Assembly (NCBI RefSeq): GCF_009914755.1
Contig: NC_060929.1
Length of the DNA stretch: 64,000 bases
Direction: 5' to 3' (one strand)
Source: the human T2T-CHM13v2.0 reference genome, Homo sapiens
This document shows positions 47,205-60,087 of the stretch, one piece after another. Under the pieces are notes generated by a model, which was not told the DNA's origin, did not search any database, and saw only the letters and a list, made by a program, of their open reading frames with translations. The translations under genes and the position numbers were made by a program. Within the stretch, counting starts at the first letter, position 1, and each line of letters starts with the position of its first letter.

Positions 47205-47345
47205 TTGTGACACCCTCAATAAGTTACTTAACCTCTCCTAATCTTAGTTCCCCTTTCTGTAAAATGAGGATGACATGTAGCTGACAAGTCTATGTGGAAG
47301 ATTAGACTTTTAGCACTGTGTCATATGAGGTACTCAATAAATGTC
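47205..47345 (+). mobile_element. MIR SINE
   Basis: aagttacttaacctctc...tctgtaaaatgagga...ctcaataaatgt. Confidence 0.65.
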
Positions 47346-47351
47346 CCTTTC

Positions 47352-48138
47352 TTGGTGAAAATGTAAATTAGTATAACCATTGGAAAACTGTATGGCGGTT
47401 CTTCAAAAAAACTAAAAATAGAATTACCATATGATCCAGCAATCCAACTTCGGGGTATTTACCAAAAATATTTGAAATTTGTTTGTCAAAGAGAAATCGG
47501 CACTTTCATGTTCATTGCAGCACTATTCACAATGGCCAAGTTACAGAATCAACCTAAGTGTCCATGAACGAACAGATGAATGGATAAAGAAAATGCATAT
47601 ATACACTATGGAATACTACGTAGCCTTAAAAAGGAAGGAAATATGGTCATTTGTGACAACATGGGTGGAATTAGAGAATATTATGCTAAATGAAATAAGC
47701 CAAACACAGAAAGACAAATGCTGCATGTTCTCACTTACTTGTGGAATCAACAACAATTGAATTCATAGAAGCAGAGTAGAATGGTGGTTACAGAAGCTGG
47801 GGATGTTGGGAGAATGGGGAGATGATGGTCAAAGGATACCAAGTCTCAGGTAGGAGAAATAAACCGAATAATGGTTTTATTTTTTTGAGATCTATTTCAC
47901 AGCATGGTGAATATAGTAAATAATAGTGTGTCATACATTTCAAAATTGCTAACAGAGCAAATTTCAAATGTTCCCACCCCAAAACATGGTAAGTATTTAA
48001 AGTGATGAATATGTTTATTAGTTTAATTATTTCACATTAATTCACAAATCATAACATCACTTTGTACCCCATAAATACATACAATTATGAATCGTCAATT
48101 TACATTACATTTTATAAAGAAGTTTTAAAAATTAAATA
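47352..48138 (+). mobile_element. 5'-truncated L1MA insertion
   Basis: L1 3' end (gaattaccatatgatccagcaatcc...catcactttgtaccccataaata). 16-bp TSD aataaatgtccctttc at 47336-47351 and 48139-48154. Confidence 0.88.
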
Positions 48139-48421
48139 AATAAATGTCCCTTTCCCCAATCCCTTTTCAAATATCTTTTAAGCACCTACTGTGTGCTATG
48201 ATTCATTCTAAGCACTGTGGACACAGCTGAGTAAAAATCCTCATTATCAAGGAGATCATATTCTAGTAAAGAAAGGTGATCGGTAGCCTGAGAGTTAATT
48301 ATGATCATTTTCGGCGGCAATATGCGTTCATGGAGATTAAATGGACGGGGGCTGCTTTAGTTAAATCGGTGGTCAAGGAGCAGCTGTCTGGGTAGGTGGC
48401 AAGTACATTGAGATCTGAACA

Positions 48422-49216
48422 ATGAAATTGAGGCAGTTAGTGGGGATTAATGAAGTGCTACAGCGAATTCTAAAAAGATCTAAGAGATTTGTTTTCACTT
48501 TAATCGCTGTTATCATGGGCCTAATTACAGTCACTGCAATGGCCACCACTGCCGGAATGGCATTACACCAATCCATTCAAACGGCTCATTTTGTTAATGA
48601 TTGGCAAGCCAATTCCACCCAAATGTGGAATTCTCAACAAGGCATCGATCAAAAATTGGCAAATCAAATTAATGATTTAAGACAGTCTGTTATTTGGCTT
48701 GGAGATCGGGTAGTGAGTCTCGAGCATCGCATGCAAATGCAGTGCGATTGGAATACTTCAGATTTCTGCATCACCCCGTATTTCTATAATGAGAATGATC
48801 ATTCATGGGAAATGGTCAAAAGACACCTTCTGGGTAGGGAAGATAATTTATCACTGGACGTAACTAAATTAAAGAAACAAATTTTTGAAGCCTCTCAAGC
48901 TCACTTATCCATTGTGCCTGGAGCTGAGGCGTTAGATCAGGTGGCAGAAAATCTTTATGGATTAAACCCCACGACTTGGATTAAGTCTATTGGGGGCTCC
49001 ACCGTAGTAAATTTTAGAATTATATTTCTCTGTTTAATCGGCTTGCTTTTAGTGTGCCGGACCAGTCAAAGAATCCTGCGTCAAAATCAAGAGAATGAAC
49101 AAGCCTTCATCGCCATGGCACATTTATATAAAAAGAAAGGGAGAGAAGTTGGGGGAAGTCAGGGACCCCAAACAGAGGGACTGGCTGAAGCCATGGCAGA
49201 AGAACGTGGATTGTGA
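48422..49216 (+). CDS. Open 264-aa ORF encoding a betaretroviral (HML-8/HERV-K11) Env TM subunit with an L2-derived start; expression unknown
   Basis: Furin site RSKR, fusion peptide [23 protein letters not shown], heptad [21 protein letters not shown]7C loop CDWNTSDFC, membrane anchor [13 protein letters not shown], no stops. Confidence 0.55.
   Translation: MKLRQLVGINEVLQRILKRSKRFVFTLIAVIMGLITVTAMATTAGMALHQSIQTAHFVNDWQANSTQMWNSQQGIDQKLANQINDLRQSVIWLGDRVVSLEHRMQMQCDWNTSDFCITPYFYNENDHSWEMVKRHLLGREDNLSLDVTKLKKQIFEASQAHLSIVPGAEALDQVAENLYGLNPTTWIKSIGGSTVVNFRIIFLCLIGLLLVCRTSQRILRQNQENEQAFIAMAHLYKKKGREVGGSQGPQTEGLAEAMAEERGL
48446..49146 (+). mobile_element. HERV-K11 (HML-8) internal remnant: end of SU, TM and polypurine tract
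   Basis: HML-type env TM homology followed by PPT aaaagaaagggagaga directly before the LTR. Confidence 0.9.
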
Positions 49217-50228
49217 AGATTTCATGGACATTTATTAGTTCCCCAAATTAATACTTTTATAATTTCTTATGCCTGTCTTTACTGCAATCTCTAAACAAAA
49301 ATTGTGAAGATTTCATGGACACTTATCACCTCCCCAATCAATACCCTTGTGATTTCCTAGGCCTGTCTTTACTTTAATCTCTTAATCCTGTCATCTTATA
49401 AGCTAAGGAGGATGTATGTTGTCTCAGGACCATGTGATAATTGCGTTAACTGCACAAATTGTAGAGCATGTGTGTTTGAACAAATATGAAATCTGGGCAC
49501 CTTGAAAAAAGAACAGGATAACAGCAATTGTTCAGGGAATAAGAGAGATAACCTTAAACTCTGACCGCCAGTGAGCCGGGCGGAACAGAGCCATATTTCT
49601 CTTCTTTCAAAAGCAAATGGGAGAAATATCGCTGAATTCTTTTTCTCAGCAAGGAACATCCCTGGGAAAGAGAAAACACACCTGGGGGTATAGGTCTATA
49701 GATGGCCCCCCCGGGTGTGGTCGTCTTTTATGGTCTGTAGACTGTAGGGGTGAAATAGACCCCAGTCTCCCATAGCACTCCCAGGCTTATTAGGAAGAGG
49801 AAATTCCCGCCTAATAAATTTTGGTCAGACCGGTTGCTCTCAAAACTCTGTCTCCTGATAAGATGTTATCAATGACAATGGGGCCCGAAACTTCATTAGC
49901 AATTTTAATTTCGCCCCGGTCCTGTGGTCCTGTGATCTTGCCCTGCCTCCATTTGCCTTGTGATAGTCTATTACCTTGTAAAGTACGTGATCTTTGTGAC
50001 TGACACCTTATTCGTACACTCCCTCCCCTTTTGAAAATCCCTAATAAAAACTTGCTGGTTTTGTGGCTTGTGGGGCATCACAGAACCTACGGACATGTGA
50101 TGTCTCCCCTGGATGACCAGCTTTAAAATTTCTCTCCTTTGTACTCTGTCCCTTTATTTCTCAAATGGGCTGATGCTTAGGGAAAACAGAAAAGAACCTA
50201 CGTGACTATCGGGGTAGGTTCCCTGATA
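49147..50228 (+). mobile_element. MER11 (MER11A/B-like) 3' LTR of HML-8
   Basis: gttgggggaagtcagggacccc...gaagccatggcagaagaacgtggattgtgaagatttcatggaca (internal repeat), AATAAA at 50043-50048, end ggttccctgata. Confidence 0.9.
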
Positions 50229-52489
50229 AGTATTCTTAGCAGAAGGCACAGCAAGAGCAAAGGCCCCCAGAGTGGAATGAACTCGGTTTGTGCGGAGACC
50301 TGAGAAGCCCTGGTGGCCAGCACACTTGGAACAAGGGGTGGGGCGGCTATGAGTAGATACGCCGCGGGGTCCTGGAGGGCTCCCAGGAGCACAGGCACGT
50401 CCTGGTGCAGAAGAGGCCTGCAGAGGGCTGCAGGCAGGGCAGATATATGTGATTTACACGTCAGGAAGATTCTTTCAGCTGGCTGCTCTGGGAAGGATAA
50501 ATCAGACGGACAGGAGGGAGGCAGGAAGGCTGGCCAAGTGACCATTTATAGGGGGGACGTTGCATCTAGAGGTGTGGTCTTGGGAGCCAGTAAGCAGGAG
50601 TTGGATTCAGAATGGACTTTGGAGGGAGAGCTCACAGGATATACTATTGGATTACATGTAAGGGTGAGAAAAGGAGAGGGTTTTTTGTTATTCCTGATGA
50701 AAAATGTATTTCATACTCATTACAGAAAACCTATAAATCTTAGGACAGTGTCATCAGGCTACCTATTTTAATGTGTAAACTTAGCTTTTCCTTGAACAAG
50801 AATTCTACCATTACTGTTATTCTTTTGAAGATTTCAATGTGCCTTATGAGAGGTTTGGAGGATTATTGAAGTTTAAAACAACAAAAATTGGAGAGAAAAA
50901 CCCATTTCACCCTGTTTAATATAGAATTTCCTAATTGCGTTGGATCTTAAAATCTTATTTGCTTATTTATTTTTTTGGATGGCTGTTTTGTATAACATCT
51001 ATTACCATCCCTATCAATTACTACCAGAAAACATGATCTAATGCTGCATCGGATCTTTCCCCCTTGTTTCTCAATATTTTTCTTACAGGTCAAATTAGAT
51101 CCGGAAGTTCCAAGCTCAGACTCATTTATGTGGTGCACCAACACAGTTCTCCATGAAAACTTTATGGGGATTTAACCTTGTGTTGGCTTTTATCCCTTTT
51201 CTTAACATTCTAAAAGGCAAATGTTGTCTGGTTCTTTGTTTCATAGGTTTTGTTTGTTTGTTTTTACTGTGTTCCTAATCTAGAGCTGTTCTATCTACCA
51301 ACTATTCTGAAAAAAAGAGGCAGGGAACTTGTATAAAATTATGTTTAAAATTGGTATTGTCTCACAAATGTCTTTCTCTTCATGTAGAAAGTGATAGCCA
51401 GAGGATTATGACCTAAGCTGATAGCATTCCACTAGTACAGATAAGGAAAACTGAGTTTTAAAGCCAATAATGCACATCTAAGTGTACAGACAAACTCCTT
51501 AATTTAAATCTAAGCTTGTTTACTTAATTTGTAATTTGGGAGCAACAGAAGTGGGTATTTAGTGAGGGCCCAAATATCCCGGAGGGGTAGTAGGACAAAT
51601 ATATATTTTCTTTGTCCTTGTATGACTTGGAATCGTCTAAACTGTCAAGAAAAGAAAAAACAAAAACATATTGTTTTCAATATTTTGGTCAAATGTTGGT
51701 AATAATAATAATGAATTCTTTTATGCCCTGGCAGCAATTGGTGCTGTTTATATCATTAAGGTAGACAAAGTGTGCCTTACACTCAGCTTTAAGATTTTAA
51801 TAAAGGAAAAAATCTGTTGGAAGTGTGGAGTATTATCACACTTAAAGAAGCCAATTAAATTAGTCTCCTGATACAGCCTACTTTATAAACTCATTTATCA
51901 CACAAGTTAGCTGGGTCTGACCTTTCCACCCCTTCTTGGATAAGGATGGTACCAATTTCTCAGTGGCAAAATTATTGATTTTTTTGACACGGCTTCTTTT
52001 CCAGTTTGATTTTCCTTTTCCACATTTCTATTCTTGTGTCATCTCAAGCAGAGACTAGGGTCCCATTTACACATTGGCAAGAAAAATGATGTTTGGGAGG
52101 GTATGGGAAGCTATACCTTAATGTCCAAGCTAATTATCCACACCCACACCTCATAAATTAACCAGTTTCAACCCCGTGAGCTCTAATACCATTTTCCTGA
52201 ATTTTAATACTGATTCCTACATGTTAAATGACAATACATTTGTTGCGTGCAATGTTGACTTAACACGTTTGCTAAGCTATTTGAGATTGTTTCCCTTTAT
52301 CAACAATTTTTCCTGGTTTGGGAAAGGCATCTCTTTCCAAGGAATAATTAGAAAGTAACTACAGCCTTTTACCAGAGTTGAGAGATTTAAAGAAATTAAC
52401 TATCTTATTGCAGAAACTTTATCTGAAGTCAGTATTTGTAAAAGATAAAGATTTTCCCAGAAAAATAAGAGGGAAAGGGGTCATAGACG

Positions 52490-52720
52490 GAAAGGAACTT
52501 ACATTTATTGTGTACTCATTATAAGCCAGAAACTATGCTGGGAGTTCTATATACACTATCCCCTTTAACACCATGAGATGGTCTTTTATCTGCATTCCGT
52601 AGGTAGTGAACTGAAGCTCAGAGAGGCGAGAAACTCATGCAATTAGCTGATGGATGTTTGGCCTGGGCTCTAACACCAAGTCTATTGGACTAAATTCCAT
52701 TCTCCTTCCTCTCCACTATG
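52490..52720 (-). mobile_element. MIR SINE
   Basis: aacttacatttattgtgtactc...gaactgaagctcagagagg. Confidence 0.55.
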
Positions 52721-53397
52721 CGTTGCTGCTTCTGTTGGCATGATCAATACAGTCTCAACACTCTGAGGGTCGCAGCAACCCAGTGACCACAACTGCTTCA
52801 GATCTTCAGAGTTCCCTTGACTTCTTTCTCAGTACTGTTGATGGAATGGCAGGAGACTATTATCTGATGTAACTTGAATCTCTCACTCATGGTCAAAAGT
52901 AGGCAGTCTCCTAGTGTGAAGCTGGAACACCAAAAAACTCTGGGTGTTCTCACAAGGACAAGCAAGACTATCACCACTTCCTAACAATGGCGGGCTTTGT
53001 TTTTTCTTAGTAGCTGGGCTTTTGTTCTAAGGAAGGACATTATACATTTTCCTCTGTGCTATTCACGCTATTATTGGTAGCCACGTAGGCCAACTGCATG
53101 AATCACTGATAGGTTCAATACACTAGTATTCTAGACTATTATTCTTAGTTTTTACAAGACTGTTGGGATGTCTGGTTATCAGAAGCTAAGAAAGAACACT
53201 AGGGGTGGCATTCCTCTGCGTATATACACTTTTATAAACATCAATGCTAAGATGACATTCCTCATTTCTCTGGATTATGTTAAAGTTCCCTAAACATAGT
53301 CCATTTTTTCTCAGACCAAATTTCAAAGGACTATCAAGTTCTAAAACAAATTTGAAATATGTGTATATTAGGATTGAGAAGTAACAATTAGTCTCAG

Positions 53398-53726
53398 GGC
53401 CAGGCAAAGTGGCTCATATCTGTAATGCCAGCACTTTGGGAGGCCAAGGCGGGTGGATCACCTGAGGTCAGGAGTTTGAACCAGCCTGGCCTACATGGTG
53501 AAACCCCATCTCTACTAAAAATACAAAAAATAGCCAGGTTTGGTGGCACATGCACATGCCTGTAATTCCAGCTACTCAGGAGGCTAAGGCAGGAGAATTG
53601 CTTGAGCCCAGGAAGCAAAGGTTGCAGTGAGTGGAGATGCACCACTGCATTCCAGCCTGGGCGACAGAGCAGGAAAGAATCCATCTCAAAAAAAAAAAAA
53701 AAAAGAAAAAAGAAAGCAGGCAAAAG
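53398..53726 (+). mobile_element. AluS SINE
   Basis: TSD aattagtctcag at 53386-53397 and 53727-53738. Confidence 0.93.
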
Positions 53727-54075
53727 AATTAGTCTCAGGGTTTTTTGTTTGTTTGTTTTGATAAAATATAATGGCATTTCTCTTACTCCAATTCCTATGA
53801 TTCACCCAGGTCAGAGTTAAAGTTGTCGGATAGCTTCTTCTAATAGAAGCAAAAAGGGATTCTATTTGAGTAATCAAGTTTATTATTTTCCAACAATTAA
53901 GGACATAGGGATGTAAAGAAATCTCAAATTTTAAAACTCACTTTTTTTTCTGACTACTAAGGTAATATCATTTTACTAAAATTTTTAGAAGATACACATA
54001 AGAAAAAAGAAAATTAAAATGATCTACTGACTTAATATACCAATAAAATCTTTCCACACCTAAATATAATAATTA

Positions 54076-54372
54076 TTTTTATTTATTTATTTATTTTTTT
54101 GAGACAGAGTCTCACTCTGCCACCCAGGCTGGAGTATAGTGGTGCGATCTCGGGTCACTGTAACCTCCACTTTCCGACTCAAGCGATCCTCCTGCCTCAG
54201 CCTCCCAAGTAGCTAGGATCACAGGCACGTCTGGCTAACTTTTGTATTTTTAGTAGAGATGGAGTTTCACCACGTTGGCCTGGCTGGTCTCAAAACTGCT
54301 GACCTTAGGCGATCTGCCCGCCTCAGCCTCCCAAAGTGCTGGGATTACAGGTGTGAGTCACTGCACCTGGCC
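54076..54372 (-). mobile_element. AluS SINE
   Basis: (TTTA)n tail, antisense Alu. Imperfect TSD ataat(a/c)attatt. Confidence 0.92.
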
Positions 54373-54399
54373 AAGATAATCATTATTAACATTTATGTA

Positions 54400-54694
<295 letters not shown>

Positions 54695-54729
54695 GTTCTT
54701 TTCTCTTAGCATTTTAAATAACATTGGTA

Positions 54730-55322
54730 TATTAAGTCAGGAATCTTAATTGCAAGCAACATAATGAGCTGTCACTCCTTTAAGTAGAAAGGAATTTATT
54801 GAAGGTATTTGGTAGCTCAGAAATTCACAGGAAAGCCTGGGGAACCGGTGCTGAAAAAGAGTGGCTGTAGGAGTGACAAATGGGAGGTTGATAAGCCATG
54901 GCTAGAGGCTGGAGCGTGTGCCGTGGAATGATTCTGGCGTGGCTCCCATGCTGCTGTGATAAAGACCTTTGAAGCCTGCACCTTTGCCACTGCTGGCCTA
55001 GACACTGATACTGGCTCTGCCATCCCTCCTGCTTTGGAGACATCATTGCTTTCCCTGATGGGATGTGGTTTCCACTACCCTTTCGTCTGTGGGTCACTGA
55101 TTCTTAATTCCAAGTCCAGGTGAGTCTGGGCATCTGATCAAGTCCAGGCTCCATGCCTGCCCCAGCTGTAAAGGAGCAGTGAGAGAAAGACTCCTAATTT
55201 CTTGCCTCTCTAAAGGTGAGGGGCCTTCACTGTGCATGAAGAAATCACGTGGTGGAAATTCTTCAAACCTGGGAAGGGAGTTCAGATGCTGAGCAGCCAA
55301 ATCCCACATGATGTTTGCCACA
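54730..55322. mobile_element. MLT1 (K/L-like) MaLR LTR
   Basis: ttgcaagcaac...aaaggaatttattgaagg...gcccccagctgtaaagga-like...tgtttgccaca. Confidence 0.5.
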
Positions 55323-58300
55323 GTGAGCTCATCCAGCTTTATATAGCTCTGCATCCTGCTTTCCCCTCAAACGTTAAATCATGACTATTTTCCTAAAACA
55401 TAAAGTATTTTTCAAAATTAAGATTTTTGATAACTGTGTAATAAGAGTCTCAACTTGATCAGTAAATAGCATATGTCATATCAATTGTCCTAAATAAGGC
55501 TTGAAAATCGTAGGAGTTACAATGGTAGAAGCAGCAACCTCAGCATAGGCATTTGTGAATTCTTTTTCCAGCTTCAGTTAGTGCTCAACAGGGAGGAGGC
55601 CACCACCTCTTGAGCTCAAGCCGTCATGTCTTGGGGCACTGCCTAAGATGGCCTAGTTAATCTGAGTGAGGCAGGACAGCCTAGAAGGGCAGGCTCAGGT
55701 GCTATCTCTGCCTACTTGGCTGGGGCAGGCAGTGGGGGCACGAACCCAGCTGCAGGAGCTGAAAGGGAGTTCAGTCCAACAGCAAAGGAACTCAATATCT
55801 GACCAGGTTGCAGTGCAGTAGAGGCTGTCAGCCTTGGTGCATGATGACTCAGGAAGAATCCAGCACTGTGGACATTCAGGATTGAGAGTTCCAGCTTTTG
55901 GCCTGAGGTTTAAGAGCAGCCTAGGGACTAAAATATAAGAACAAGTTGGGCATTAGTTTTAGATGAACTCATATAATAAATGAATTACCAAGACAAGGAC
56001 AAGAGATACAGCAGGGCTGCAGTTAAAAGATTGGTGAAAGCAGGTTTTGCAAGTCTGGGTATTGGAATTAAGGGACACGCTCTGCTAGCTGCCCAGGAGT
56101 GTGATATTGGATTTCAGGCTCAGTTTTTAAAAAGTTGTTCCTGACTGAGGTTTGGCCTGGGAAATTCAATTGTGGGAAGGGTTTGACAGTACAGCTTCAG
56201 AAGGAAGGATCCTTCTGAAGGATACCCCCGTGCGGACAGCTTCTGGGGCTGGAGGAAACAAGGCCATGGGAGAAAAGCTATGTTCACCAAGGTAATGCAT
56301 CTGTGTGTCAGGAAGGCAGGCTGGAAACAATGCGTGCAGGTGCAGAGTGGGCTCGAGGAGCTCTACCTGACGGTGCTGCAGAAAGCTGTCCTCCTCCCTG
56401 TCTTGGCTTCTCTGAGGCAGTGGAAAGCTACCTCTTTTGTTCTCTCTGGGATGCCATGAAAAGGTCCGCTTCTCTTGTTCGGTTTGTATATGGTGTTCTG
56501 GCCCCTGTGGATTTCTTCAACATAAGAGTTTTCCAATATCCCAGCAACCATTTATAAAAACCACGGCTCAACTCCTTTGCCCTGGAGACTCATCTTTTAG
56601 ATCATCTGCAACTTGTTGAATGCAGAAGGATCCAGCGAACCCACATAGAGCAAACACCACACATTGAGTTATAGCCCTCAGGTACAATGGAATTAACTGG
56701 AATAGAAATTGTCATTCTACTTCATGTAACTTTACGTTTTAATGCCATGGAATTTTAGCCACAGAACGTGTCAGCAGCATGTTTTGCACTGACGAAAAAG
56801 AGAGACTACTACGTCGGCCACAGTGTCATTACTCTTCCTTCTGCATAACTACGTCCATGCCAGACGTGTGGCGTCTGCAGAGGACTGGCTGTGAACCCAG
56901 CAGACCCACGTTACCATAAATGATCGTCATCATCCCTCAGGAGGCTGCACCACATTTGCCCACAACCATTGGATGGACCTACCTTTTAAAAATAGATGTG
57001 TTTTTGCACTCTTGAAACTACTTATTTTCTTACTCTTTGTCACAGCCAGCCTAGTTTAAGCTGATGGTAAAAAGAGGTTTTGGAGGTTTTCCACCACAAG
57101 GTTATTTAAAGTTCTTTGAGCTGCCGCCAGACCTTCATTTAGCATTTTAATAAACTTCCTGGGCCAAGGAGTAATTTTCCTGTATTCTCTTTGTCCTCAG
57201 CATGAAGTAATAGTACAAAAGAGGGTCATCATTTTTAGGCCAGTCATCTGCATCAATTATAAAATTATCCTCATGAATAACCAGATATAAGGTCTAGGAT
57301 ATAGAAAAAGGGGAGCAGGTTTCTTTCTGTGATTAACATTAAGGGGGGGTCATAGACACATCAAGGATTTAAGAAAGTGCCAACAGAAACATTTTTTACA
57401 CAGACAGTTAGAAAGGACCTTTTAAAAATTGCACATACAGTCGAGTTATAGCAAGATAACTAGAATTAAATTGCCTAAACATTTGCTTACTTGAGGTGTC
57501 CTTATCTGAGCCTCTCTAAAAGCAGAAGTACCAATAGACTCACATGTTTACACAATGATATGGAAATCGACCTCCAAGACTGTTGTACGGATCCCCAGAG
57601 AATTTTTTGGAACCCGCATCTCTGGGTGCAGTGTGATGTCACTTTTCACTGTTTCTAGGCATTGGGCCAAAACTCAATTTCAGGAAAATAATTGCAAAAA
57701 TGTTTAAATAATTTGCATGAGGTTTGTGAAAGCAAAGGAAAGGCTGCCTACTCCATTCCCAAAGGAGATTTCAAGACACAATCAATGTTAGGCCGCAAAA
57801 CACTGTTTAGACAGAATAATTATCAGCCCTTTCCTTTCTCTTTCATTATTAAACTGAGGCCTATTCCCTCTGAGGGTTTCACCTGGCATATGGAAATACT
57901 GTTGTTGCTAAGTCTCCTTTATGGAGGTTCAAATAAGCTAAGTAAATTCAGTTTGCTGAATTGGCTCATTCATGGGCATTATTTGACATGAAGTTGTCTC
58001 TATGTCATGATTAACTTTTTTGTTTCTCTTCATGTTATAATCAAGTATGATGGAATTATATAGGATGGCTTCCAACTATGTGGAGAATTATTTGAAAATA
58101 TATTCCAATGCTGCGTTAATTTCATTAAGTGTTGACTTCTTAAAACTGAACTCAAAGAACCCTAAACAACAAGATCTTTAAAACAATATAGAGAAGGATG
58201 CTATGGATTGAGATGGTATTAAGACAGAAGTGAAGCCATGCTTAAATTGCATTAAAGTTATCAATGTTCAAATTACAGTACAGTCGTTTCTTTAGGGGAC

Positions 58301-58644
58301 TACTTAAAGTATTACTAGAATTGAATCAAAGTTATTTTTACAAAGATTCTTGAAGTGGCATTATCTAATTTAAAGAGACCTGGCTCCCTTTCATACTGTA
58401 TTTTATTGATTTTGATAGCTCAGGAATGGAAACATTGAATAAGTGGCACTGTGAAAGTGCAAACAAATACAATTTCACTTCCCCATCACCACCACTTACC
58501 ATACTCCCCCTTCATACCACATACCCCACACACACTGCCTGTTCAAACGCATTCTGTGAAACTAGTTTTTCCACTGTCTTTGGGCATAGGCTATCATATA
58601 TGTGTATATATGTGTATATATATGTACACACACACACACACACA

Positions 58645-59053
58645 CAGCTGACCCTTGAACAACATAGGTTTAAGCCATGTGGGTCCACATGTATGTGGAT
58701 TTTCTTTTTCCTCTGGCACCCCTGACACAGCCAATCCAACCCCTCCTCTTCCTCTTGCCCCTCAGCCTACTCAACATGAAGACAATAAGAATGAAGACCT
58801 TTATGATGATCCACTTTCACTTAATGAATAATAAGCATATTTTCTCTGCCTTGTGATTTTCTGAATATCATTTTCTTTTTTCTAGCTTACTTTGTTGTAA
58901 GAATACACAATATATTACCTATACAAAATATATATTAATGGACTGTTTATGTCATCCGTAAGGCTTTTGGTCAACAGTAGGCTATTAGTAGTTAAGTTTT
59001 CAGGGAGTCAAAAGTTATATGGACTTTTGACTGCGTTGTTCAAGGGTCAACTG
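58645..59053 (+). mobile_element. Tigger2a (MER28) DNA transposon
   Basis: TIRs cagctgacccttgaacaac / gttgttcaagggtcaactg followed by TA. Internal gaagacctttatgatgatccact. Flanked by TA/CA microsatellites. Confidence 0.88.
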
Positions 59054-59431
59054 TATATACACACATACACACACAGGTAGATATAGATCTAGATATAGAT
59101 TCTTAGCTAACAAAATATACTGTGGACACTTAATTATAAAAAGAGACTTATGCCAGTAAGTGTTTAGGTCTATGTAATAGTTAAAACTTGAGACATAGAT
59201 TTTAAGTTAAAGTGTCTCTTCCTGCTTGGGCATGCAGTGGGAAGTGGAGAGAAGTTGGCTGCTTCTCTCTTTACCCTGCCTTCTCTTCCCTGCCACTCTC
59301 TGCAGGGAAGTGACTTCTAACCCATGTAGAGTCAGAAGGTGGGTGAGACTGGTGCTGGCATTCTTCAGATGAGGTGGAGTTTAAGTCTGATTTTTTCTGT
59401 CATGAGCATGTCTACATGGGCATGTTTATAT

Positions 59432-59481
59432 ATTTCTTTCTTTCTTTCTTTTTCCCTTTCTCTTCTTTCTTTCTTCTTCTT

Positions 59482-59511
<30 letters not shown>
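59432..59511. repeat. Polypyrimidine (TTTC/CTT)n + poly(T) low-complexity tract
   Basis: Seen directly. Confidence 0.9.
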
Positions 59512-59514
<3 letters not shown>

Positions 59515-60087
59515 TTCCCACATCATTGGAGATCTCTCACACAAAAGGTCCTTTGGAAAATAGAAATGTATCTTCTCCAGCTGGTCTTTTCTGATTCCTT
59601 TGGTAGCACCTGAGTATCTAGCGGAAAACTTTTACCTCTCTGTGCTGAGGTCTCCTCACCCTTTCAGATGAGGCAGCATCTTGGACAGCTCCAGCCTGAC
59701 TTGCTCCTTCATGGCTCAGTCTGGTCCACAGAACACTGACCTGATGTCCCCTCTACTCTGTGACTATAAGTGGTTTGAACCATTATATATTTTTTCAGGT
59801 CTGTGTCAGACTCTAGCCCCCTTATCATATTATAAAGAACATGTAAGATACTTACTGGAAATGGTTCCCAAAGAGACCTTCTCACATTTGAGGTAGAGAA
59901 GAAGTGTCCCCCACCCTACCTCCTTTAAGGCAGTTAGGCTCTCAGCACAACTCTCTCCAAGGATATCCTCTATCTTGCCTCTCCAACCTTTTCTTAGAGT
60001 AGAGTTGTGTAGTTTTTACCAACTCTTTTGTAAGTCCTGCTTAGATGGCCTCATAACTCACTATGGAATGTCACTGAAGATGGAAAC

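Larger units (their letters stand above)
48170..50680 (-). mobile_element. L2 LINE split by the HML-8 remnant (48170-48445 and 50229-50680)
   Basis: ttaagcacctactgtgtgc...gagatctgaa on the left; agtattcttagcagaaggcacagcaagagcaaaggccc on the right continues the L2 consensus. Confidence 0.65.

Noticed and set aside
50198-50771. Overlapping 115-aa and 152-aa ORFs
   Set aside because: They lie in GC-richer L2-derived sequence, have non-ATG starts and show no homology.
55858-55878. REST/NRSE-like tccagcactgtggacat
   Set aside because: Mismatches at key positions in both half-sites.
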